From NCBI GenBank assembly GCA_946628495.1, contig CAMOWQ010000001.1, positions 3,964-67,963 on the forward strand: 64,000 bases of DNA, given 5' to 3'. The translations under genes were made by a program, and so were the position numbers. Position 1 is the first letter of the stretch, and each line of letters starts with the position of its first letter. The DNA comes from an uncultured Treponema sp. Its GTDB lineage: Bacteria > Spirochaetota > Spirochaetia > Treponematales > Treponemataceae. Positions 40,398 to 48,136 of this stretch are shown piece by piece. The notes under the pieces are model-generated. The model did no database searches and was not told where the DNA came from. It saw nothing but the letters and a program-made list of their open reading frames with translations.

Positions 40398-41882
40398 ATG
40401 AAAACTGTTGCAGGCATTGACCTTGGAACACAAAGCATGAAAGTCGTAATTTACGACTATGAAAAAAAAGAGATTATAGAAAAAGCTTCATGTCCGATGG
40501 AACTTATTTCTGAAAATGACGGTACACGTGAACAAAAAACTGAATGGTTTGATAAAGGACTTGAAGTTTGCTTCGGAAAGCTTTCGGCAGAAAACAAAAA
40601 GACAATTGAAGCAATTGGTGTTTCAGGCCAGCAGCATGGTTTTGTTCCTCTTGATAAGGACGGAAAAGCTCTTTACAACATCAAACTTTGGAATGATACA
40701 AGTACTGTAGAAGAATGTAAAATCATAACAGAAGCAGCAGGCGGTGCAGATAAAGTTGTTGAAGCTCTTGGAAACCTTATGCTTCCAGGTTTTACAGCTC
40801 CAAAAATTCTCTGGCTCAAGCGCCACAAGCCGGAAGCTTTTGCAAACCTTAAATATATCATGCTTCCACACGACTATCTTAACTGGAAGCTTACAGGCGA
40901 ATATGTAATGGAATTCGGTGACAGTTCTGGAACTGCCCTTTTTGATTCTAAAAAACGCGAATGGTCTAAAAAAATCTGCGACATCATTGATGCTGGCCTT
41001 TTAGCAAAACTTCCAAAATTAATTGAACCAACAGCTCCTTGTGGAAAAGTTTCTGCATCTGCTGCTGCAGCTTACGGAATTCCAGAAGGCATTCCAGTTT
41101 CTGCAGGTGGTGGAGACAACATGATGGGTGCAGTTGGAACTGGTACTGTTGCAGACGGATTCCTTACAATGTCTATGGGTACTTCAGGAACTTTGTACGG
41201 TTATTCAGACAAGCCTATTGCTGATCCTGCAAACGGACTTTCTGGTTTCTGTTCTTCAACTGGCGGATGGCTTCCACTTCTTTGTACAATGAACTGTACT
41301 GTTGCAACTGAATTTGTACGCGGTCTTTTCCAGATGGATGTTAAAGAACTTGATACAGAAGCTTCAAAAGCTCCTTGCGGTTCAGAAGGCGTTCTTGTAA
41401 TTCCTTTCTTTAATGGTGAAAGAACTCCAAACCTTCCAAACGGACGTGCAAGCATTACAGGCCTTACAGCAGCTAATACAAGCCGCGCTAACATCGCACG
41501 TGCTTCTTTGGAAAGTGCCGTTTTCGCTATGCGCGGCGGTCTCGATGCATTCCGCAAACTCGGTTTCCAGCCAAAAGAAATCAGACTTATCGGCGGCGGT
41601 TCAAAATCTCCTATTTGGCGACAGATTGCAGCAGATATCATGAATCTTCCAATCCGTGTTCCACTTCTTGACGAAGCAGCAGCTCTTGGTGCAGCAGTTC
41701 AGGGATTGTGGTGTCTTAAAAATCAGAACGGCAAATGTGATATTGCAGCTCTTTGTGCAGAACACATCAAACTTGATGAATCTAAGAGTGCAAATCCTAT
41801 TGCAGAAAATGTTGCAGCTTACGATAAGGCATACACTGAATATTCAAAAGTTGTAGAAACATTAACACCGTTATACATCTAA
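40398..41882 (+). CDS. xylB: Xylulokinase
   Basis: GIDLGTQS, SGQQHG, LWND, GFTAPK, GGGDN, GTSG, GERTP, GGGSKS. Confidence 0.9.
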   Translation: MKTVAGIDLGTQSMKVVIYDYEKKEIIEKASCPMELISENDGTREQKTEWFDKGLEVCFGKLSAENKKTIEAIGVSGQQHGFVPLDKDGKALYNIKLWNDTSTVEECKIITEAAGGADKVVEALGNLMLPGFTAPKILWLKRHKPEAFANLKYIMLPHDYLNWKLTGEYVMEFGDSSGTALFDSKKREWSKKICDIIDAGLLAKLPKLIEPTAPCGKVSASAAAAYGIPEGIPVSAGGGDNMMGAVGTGTVADGFLTMSMGTSGTLYGYSDKPIADPANGLSGFCSSTGGWLPLLCTMNCTVATEFVRGLFQMDVKELDTEASKAPCGSEGVLVIPFFNGERTPNLPNGRASITGLTAANTSRANIARASLESAVFAMRGGLDAFRKLGFQPKEIRLIGGGSKSPIWRQIAADIMNLPIRVPLLDEAAALGAAVQGLWCLKNQNGKCDIAALCAEHIKLDESKSANPIAENVAAYDKAYTEYSKVVETLTPLYI

Positions 41883-41909
41883 GTGATAGCGGCAAATTTC
41901 GCTAAAAGC

Positions 41910-41956
41910 AAGAAAGGCTGTTCATGCATTTTACGGCAGAACAGCCTTTCTTTTTT
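41910..41956 (+). terminator. Intrinsic terminator
   Basis: AAGAAAGGCTGTTC...GAACAGCCTTTCTTTTTT. Confidence 0.8.
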
Positions 41957-41995
41957 AACAATTTTTTTATACGGCAAACAATTTTCAATAAAACA

Positions 41996-43663
41996 TTACT
42001 TTAAACGAACACATCTTCCATCAATTTTTGCGGGATATTTTTCGTAATATAAGAGCCTTCCGTTTACAAAACCCGTTCTTATAATCATTGTGTCTGTTCC
42101 GCCAGGCATTTCTTCCATTCCGGGGAAAACATAATTTCCAAGCGACCATACTATAAGGCTGTTTCCATACCATTCAACAGGCTGTAAAACATGAGGATGA
42201 GAGCCGAATACAACATCCGCGCCATTTTCACACAAGGCCTTGTAAAATTCCGTCTGCGTTTTATTCGGAATTTTTGAATATTCAGTTCCGGCATGCATAT
42301 TTACAATTACGATGTCTGATATTTTTTTCTGTTCACGGACAAGTTCCAAAAGGCGGTCGCTTTTCCACAAGATGCCTGCCCTTTCAGGGGTTGCAGAAGC
42401 CTGTTTTTGACCATTAAAGCCGGAACGCTCAACTGGAAAACCGCCTGCTGAAATCACCGAAACCGTATGACCTTTTATTTCTGTTGTAAAAAACTGTTCT
42501 GCTTCGGTATCGTTCATGCCGGCCCCGGAAGTTGCAAAACCTGCATTTTTTACCGCTGCAAGAGTATCTTTAAATCCGTCTTCGCCATAATCATAAGAAT
42601 GATTGTTTGTAAGCATAAGATAATCAAAACCTGCCTGCGAAAGATACGGCAATGCCTTTTTATTAAACTTAAAATTGTATGTTTTAGGAGTTTTTAGATT
42701 CCGGTCAGTAACAACGCCTTCAAGATTCCCGATTGTAAAATCATTATTAACAAGAACAGGCATTGTATCGGTAAAAACTGCCTCTGCTGATTTTTTAGAA
42801 AGCATTAAATCCTGAACGCCACGGGCAAGCATAATATCGCCAACGGCTGCAACAAAAACAACGGAAGGAACAAACTCTGTATCCGTATCCGCATCTGTGC
42901 CTGCATTCTGCAAAAAGTCCGTATCATCAGACCCGCTGCACAATGCCTTTTGCTTTTGGTTGAATGCCTGTAAAAAATCAGTTTTTTCAAAACCTGTAAA
43001 CAATGCCTGCTGCTTTTGAATAAATGTCTCTTTCTGCTTTTTTGAAAGCCGCACTTTATTTTGACTAAGCGTTTTTTCGTCTGGTAAAGAAGGAAGTTCC
43101 AGCTGAACGTATGTTTTCTGCCAGAACGGATATTCAGAATTGTCTGCATACATGCCGTTTGCCTTTAATGCAATAAAGCCTTCTGGAATTTCAGAAAAAA
43201 TGTACATTGCAGCAGAAGTAAAATCTTCATCATTATAATCTTCTTTGAACGCAATGCATGGATAAAGCGGTTCACGGAAAATCTCTTTTTTAAAAATCCG
43301 GGAAAGTGTATCGCTTTCAGAAGATTCATCAGAGGTTGCATTTTCTAAAAGTCCGTTTTCCACCGCTGCGGATGAAACATTTTCATCATCATTATTTTGA
43401 ATGATTAAACTCAAACGGGCAGTACAAATATCATAAGTTTTTGTATTTGGATTATCTCCCTGCGCTTCTTCAAACTGTAATGCAAACTCCTTCAGTTCAG
43501 AATCGGATTCAACAACAAAACGGACTTTTGTACACGAAACAAACAAAATTGAAACAAGAAAAAGTGCAGACACAAAAAAATGCCTTGCAGACTCAAAAAA
43601 ATACTTTGCATGCTTAAAGAAACAGGCTGCATCAACATCACTTTTTTTAATAAAAGATTTCAT
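41996..43663 (-). CDS. CapA/PGA_cap family metallophosphatase-fold lipoprotein
   Basis: VGDIML, GNLE, NNHSYDYG, HAGTEY, GSHPHV, SLGNYVF; lipobox FVSC. Confidence 0.85.
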   Translation of the reverse strand: MKSFIKKSDVDAACFFKHAKYFFESARHFFVSALFLVSILFVSCTKVRFVVESDSELKEFALQFEEAQGDNPNTKTYDICTARLSLIIQNNDDENVSSAAVENGLLENATSDESSESDTLSRIFKKEIFREPLYPCIAFKEDYNDEDFTSAAMYIFSEIPEGFIALKANGMYADNSEYPFWQKTYVQLELPSLPDEKTLSQNKVRLSKKQKETFIQKQQALFTGFEKTDFLQAFNQKQKALCSGSDDTDFLQNAGTDADTDTEFVPSVVFVAAVGDIMLARGVQDLMLSKKSAEAVFTDTMPVLVNNDFTIGNLEGVVTDRNLKTPKTYNFKFNKKALPYLSQAGFDYLMLTNNHSYDYGEDGFKDTLAAVKNAGFATSGAGMNDTEAEQFFTTEIKGHTVSVISAGGFPVERSGFNGQKQASATPERAGILWKSDRLLELVREQKKISDIVIVNMHAGTEYSKIPNKTQTEFYKALCENGADVVFGSHPHVLQPVEWYGNSLIVWSLGNYVFPGMEEMPGGTDTMIIRTGFVNGRLLYYEKYPAKIDGRCVRLK

Positions 43664-44367
43664 AAATGCCTGTCCGTCTTAAATTCATGCTGAATGATTT
43701 TCCATGCAAACACATCAAGAAGCACGACATACAGATAAAAGACAAACTGGTATCCTGCAGCTGCAACTTCTTCAGAAAGCATAAAATCATAAAGTCCGTG
43801 AATTACAGTAGGCACAAGAAGTGCAAGAAGTTTTAAAAATTTTGCAAGACTGTTTTTATCATCAATAAAAGCTGTTTTTGCACGGCTAAGGAAAAATCCC
43901 ATGAAAACACCGAATGTTGTATGTCCCGGAATTGCAAAAATTGCCCTGCCTACAGAAACAGAAGTTCCAAAATTCAAAACGTAAAGAATGTTTTCCAAAG
44001 CGGCAAATCCAAGCGAAGCCGAAACTGCATAAACAATTCCATCATAACGGTAATCAAAATTGCCATCTTTCCATACAAGAACCATAAAAACAAGCCATTT
44101 TGAAAATTCTTCTACCAATGCAACGCCAACAGTATTTTCTATAAATGCAAACTTCACCGTCCCCGGAATATAGGCAGCTTCGATTATCGCTCCCAAAAAA
44201 CGTTCCACCCCTGCACATGGAATTGCAAAAATTGCACCATAAACAAGAACTTTAAGAACAAATCCAAGCGGTTCCCGTTCTACACGATCAAGCGTATATA
44301 CATAGCGTAAAATCAAAACAACAGGCAAAAGTGCTGGTATAAGAATAAAATATAAAAGATATTCCAT
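43660..44367 (-). CDS. prsW: PrsW family intramembrane glutamic protease
   Basis: DRVEREP, VEEFSK, DGIVYAV, GFAALENILY, PGH, HGLYD. Confidence 0.9.
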   Translation of the reverse strand: MEYLLYFILIPALLPVVLILRYVYTLDRVEREPLGFVLKVLVYGAIFAIPCAGVERFLGAIIEAAYIPGTVKFAFIENTVGVALVEEFSKWLVFMVLVWKDGNFDYRYDGIVYAVSASLGFAALENILYVLNFGTSVSVGRAIFAIPGHTTFGVFMGFFLSRAKTAFIDDKNSLAKFLKLLALLVPTVIHGLYDFMLSEEVAAAGYQFVFYLYVVLLDVFAWKIIQHEFKTDRHL

Positions 44368-44406
44368 AAGATTTGAAAAACCTCCGTAAAAGATATTTTT
44401 ACATAA

Positions 44407-46029
44407 TTATTTTTTTTCTTCATCATTGAGTTCTGACTTTCCGGGCTTTTTTGTAGCATCCCTTAAAAGTTTTAAAAAAGTCTTTCGTGGAATATTATGC
44501 GCACCGTATCGGGCCATATTATCGGTGTATGCCTGACAGTCTATGAATTTGCCGCCGTTTGCAAAAAATTCAGTTGCAAATTTTATAAAAGCAGTTTTTG
44601 AACTGTCTGGTTCCAGAGTAAACATGGATTCTCCGCAGAAAACATTTCCCATCTGTATTCCGTAAAATCCGCCCGCTAACTTATCTCCATTCCAGGCTTC
44701 GTAACTATGAGCAAATCCCGCTTTATGTAACAGCGTATATTCACGCACAATCTGATTGTTAATCCATGTACCTCTTTGTCCATACCGCTCAACCTTCTGG
44801 CATTCCTTTATAACCTGCTCAAAACATTTATCTTTTGTATAAGTATATTTTTGTTTTTTGAGTACCTTTAATCCCGATGTCGGTACATGAAATGATTCTG
44901 GCGTAATAATAAAACGTTCAGGCGGACAACACCAGACTACAGGATTGCCACGCTCCTCAGAATACCACGGAAAAGCGCCTTTCATATACGCTGAATACAA
45001 ATCTTTTATTGTGATTCTTGATGATACTTTACAATATTCTTCATCGGCTCGCATTTTTGAAGTAGGAAATTTTGTTGATACAACAGGCCTGAAAGTTTCA
45101 AGTTCCAGTTTACCTGAAAAATCATCAATTTCCTTCATTGAGATTCCTTTTTTATCAAATTCAATCCAACGGTCATTTATATAAAGCTGATAAGGACGAT
45201 AATTGCATTTATAATTCATATTTTCACAATCGGGAAGATATAAACCAAGATAATAATCTTCAATACCTTTTTCTTTACAAAACTCTATTTCTTTTAGAAC
45301 ACTGAAAACACCAGGGCTTCTTTTTAAGATTTCTGGAGAAACATCATAATAGAAATAGTTTGATGAAAGTGAATGAAGTTTTTTCTCTGTAACCGCAGAA
45401 TCTTTTTCAGCTTTTACGACACCAATATCAAGAACCCCGCAGGCAATCAGTTTATCTCCAAGATAATATTCCATATTGCAGACTCTGTTTTCTTCATATC
45501 CACTGCAAATATCCATAAGTTCAGTACTGCCAGATTCAATACTTAACTCAAGACCAGGATTAAGATGTTCGCAAAATTTTTTATAAATAAGGGCTTTTTC
45601 TTCAGTAGCAAATTCTTTTGGATTATAATTATAGCGGATAATGATATCTTTATTCCTATTCAAAACTGCACGCTGACTCTTAGTCATTTTAAAATTCTGT
45701 GTTTTAAGCCTTATAGGAACACATTCTCTGCAATGCCCGCATTCTGTAAAATAAAATCTGTCTCCAGAACGCCTGAAACCTTTTTGCAAAAGAAAATCAT
45801 ACACTTCGGAAACTGAATCACAAGAAGGAAGTTCTTTACTAAGAATTTCATATAAATTCTTTTCCTGCGAGTCCATAATATCAAACAAATTTTCTTTTCC
45901 AGCATCTAGGCACAAATCAATAGCACTTTTATATATTAAATACAAAAAGTAAAATTTCTGATTAAAATACGGACAATTTTCATGACGGAAAAAATGAAAT
46001 AATGCACCATCTCTTATATCACAAGACAT
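44407..46029 (-). CDS. Fused Bpt/ATE-type aminoacyl-transferase and leucyl/phenylalanyl-tRNA-protein transferase (Aat)
   Basis: N-half: CPYF, GFRRSG..FY...CGHCRECVPIR, YYLGLY...NMNYK. C-half: AYMKGAFPW, GTWI, AHSYEAW, LAGGFYG, FCGESMF, IDCQ. Single ORF. Confidence 0.85.
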   Translation of the reverse strand: MSCDIRDGALFHFFRHENCPYFNQKFYFLYLIYKSAIDLCLDAGKENLFDIMDSQEKNLYEILSKELPSCDSVSEVYDFLLQKGFRRSGDRFYFTECGHCRECVPIRLKTQNFKMTKSQRAVLNRNKDIIIRYNYNPKEFATEEKALIYKKFCEHLNPGLELSIESGSTELMDICSGYEENRVCNMEYYLGDKLIACGVLDIGVVKAEKDSAVTEKKLHSLSSNYFYYDVSPEILKRSPGVFSVLKEIEFCKEKGIEDYYLGLYLPDCENMNYKCNYRPYQLYINDRWIEFDKKGISMKEIDDFSGKLELETFRPVVSTKFPTSKMRADEEYCKVSSRITIKDLYSAYMKGAFPWYSEERGNPVVWCCPPERFIITPESFHVPTSGLKVLKKQKYTYTKDKCFEQVIKECQKVERYGQRGTWINNQIVREYTLLHKAGFAHSYEAWNGDKLAGGFYGIQMGNVFCGESMFTLEPDSSKTAFIKFATEFFANGGKFIDCQAYTDNMARYGAHNIPRKTFLKLLRDATKKPGKSELNDEEKK

Positions 46030-46067
46030 TAAAACACCTCCAAAGCTCACAAAACAGAAACTTATGA

Positions 46068-46682
46068 TTAAAGATGAAGATTTCTGATTTTATTACTGAT
46101 TTTGATTGTAACTTCGGGCCATGGAATTACAGTTCGGCCTTTATTCTTTACAAGATATGCATGTTCGGCACAAAGAGCAAGCGGTGTATCAGAAACAGAA
46201 TCTGAATAAAAATTATCAACTTGATTTGCAATAAAATAGCCTTCTTTTAATAAATTCTTGATTTTCTGTTTTCCATAGCAGCAGCGTCCGTTTAATTTGC
46301 CTGTACTTTTATCAGCCTGAGTACAAATCAAACCTACTCCAAGACCATCGGTAAAAGGTTTTAGAAAAAATTCCGGTGAAGCAGAAATTATTAAATCATC
46401 ATCACGCTTCTGCTTTAAATACCATTCGCTAACACGGTTACCGTTATTTTCCCAGAAGAATTTTATTTCTGTATCAATATCTGGAATGAATCTTACAAAA
46501 CTAAAAAGCTGTTCTACCATCTGACTTAATGTTTTTATTTTAAATACATATCCCATAAAAAAAAGACATGTCTTTGGCAAATATTTTATAATAAGAGAAG
46601 GATATTTTTTTATGCTTTTTAATATGAATAAAGAAATACTGTTAGGATAAAAAATCGTCTTATCAAAATCATAGACATTCAT
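46068..46682 (-). CDS. HAD-IB family hydrolase
   Basis: YDFDKT, IISASP, CYGKQK, FYSDSVSDTP. Confidence 0.85.
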   Translation of the reverse strand: MNVYDFDKTIFYPNSISLFILKSIKKYPSLIIKYLPKTCLFFMGYVFKIKTLSQMVEQLFSFVRFIPDIDTEIKFFWENNGNRVSEWYLKQKRDDDLIISASPEFFLKPFTDGLGVGLICTQADKSTGKLNGRCCYGKQKIKNLLKEGYFIANQVDNFYSDSVSDTPLALCAEHAYLVKNKGRTVIPWPEVTIKISNKIRNLHL

Positions 46683-46761
46683 ACATAGATAATATATCAC
46701 ATAAATTCAGAATTTCATAATGTCGAAGTAGCAAATTTTTTGCCAATATCTGTTACATTAT

Positions 46762-47283
46762 ATGACAGGAATTAATTGTACAATGAAAACTTTGTCGATA
46801 GATGATTTTGATAATCTGTACCGCCAATATGGTCCTATGGTACTACGACGCTGCCGTACCCTTCTAAAAAACGAAGATAAAGCGCTTGATGCAATGCAGG
46901 ATGTTTTTGTCCGCCTTATTGAAAGAAAAGAAAAACTTTCAAAAGTCTGTGCAAGCTTTTTATATATTACGGCAACGAATGTCTGTCTTAACAAAATACG
47001 AGCAGACAAACTGCGTTCTGGCCCCGAATTTGACACTATAGCTGAATTAGTTGAAGACAGTGCAAGTGCGAACGGTGAAGAGCAAATTGAATCTTCAATG
47101 CTTTTAGAATGCATTTTTTCTGAACGTGATACAAAAGACAGGCAGATTGCGATTTTGCATTATGTTGACGGTTACACATTAGAAGAAACTGCGGGAATGA
47201 TGAAAATGTCAATTTCGGGAGTTCGAAAACGTCTGGAAAAACTTAAGGAATATGCAGGAGGTAGATATGGCAATTCCAATTAG
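46762..47283 (+). CDS. ECF RNA polymerase sigma factor
   Basis: LYRQYGPMVLRRC, ALDAMQDVF, FLYITATNVCLN; region 4 DGYTLEETA...SISGVRKRL. Alternative start at 46783. Confidence 0.92.
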   Translation: MTGINCTMKTLSIDDFDNLYRQYGPMVLRRCRTLLKNEDKALDAMQDVFVRLIERKEKLSKVCASFLYITATNVCLNKIRADKLRSGPEFDTIAELVEDSASANGEEQIESSMLLECIFSERDTKDRQIAILHYVDGYTLEETAGMMKMSISGVRKRLEKLKEYAGGRYGNSN

Positions 47284-48088
47284 GATTCTTGAGCAGATAA
47301 ATAATTCAGAATTGAACGCTGCCGATTTTTATAAGATATATGGAAAACAGGAAATAGAAACAGAACTTGAAAGGCTTCGTAAATCCGACAATGAAATTTT
47401 GAATAAATATTCAGCGGAAAAAATGCGACTTGCCGTAGAAAGAAAACTTGCTGCAAATAAGAACAGACATTCAAATGAAAAACGTACATTCCAGCCTGCA
47501 CGAAACATTCAGCTGGCAGCAGCAGCGGCAATTTTATGTACAGTGTGTATTCCAGCAGGATTACGCGTTCGGTCGCAGAATGAAGGCAACATAAGCATTG
47601 CAGCAGAAAAAACAGCCAGCAATTCAGCAGATTCTGTCCGCATAAAAGGAAATGCCTTAAACTCAATTGAAAGCAAAAATCCAAAATTAAATCTTTACAG
47701 ACAGACAAACGGAAAAATTCAATCACTGGATAACGGTACTTTGGCAAAACCTGGCGACGTAATTCAAATAACCTACAATGCAGGCAAAGAAGAATACGGT
47801 GTTATATTCAGCGTAGACGGAAACGGTAACATAACAAGACATTTTCCAGAAAACAGCTGGCATGCAGAAGCGCTTTCACACAATATGAACGAAACACCTC
47901 TTGATTTTTCGTATGAACTTGATAATGCACCCGATTTTGAATGCTTTATAATGGTAACATCTAAAAAAGAATTCGAATTAAATGATATAGAACAAAAAAT
48001 TAAAAACAAAACAGATATTAATTATTTAAAGTCCCTGTCGTATCTGCCAAAAAAAACAGACGGTATTACCTTTGTACTTGAAAAATAA
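47267..48088 (+). CDS. Putative anti-sigma factor: cytoplasmic N-domain, single TM, extracytoplasmic DUF4384-like domain
   Basis: Overlaps the sigma gene end, RBS AGGAGGT; TM LAAAAAILCTVCIPAGL; C-domain PGDVIQITY...YGVIFSVDGNG...SYELD.AP.FE.F. Confidence 0.7.
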   Translation: MAIPIRILEQINNSELNAADFYKIYGKQEIETELERLRKSDNEILNKYSAEKMRLAVERKLAANKNRHSNEKRTFQPARNIQLAAAAAILCTVCIPAGLRVRSQNEGNISIAAEKTASNSADSVRIKGNALNSIESKNPKLNLYRQTNGKIQSLDNGTLAKPGDVIQITYNAGKEEYGVIFSVDGNGNITRHFPENSWHAEALSHNMNETPLDFSYELDNAPDFECFIMVTSKKEFELNDIEQKIKNKTDINYLKSLSYLPKKTDGITFVLEK

Positions 48089-48136
48089 ACAGTGTTTTGT
48101 TATTAATCAAAGAACTTTTAAGAGGAAGAGATTTAT

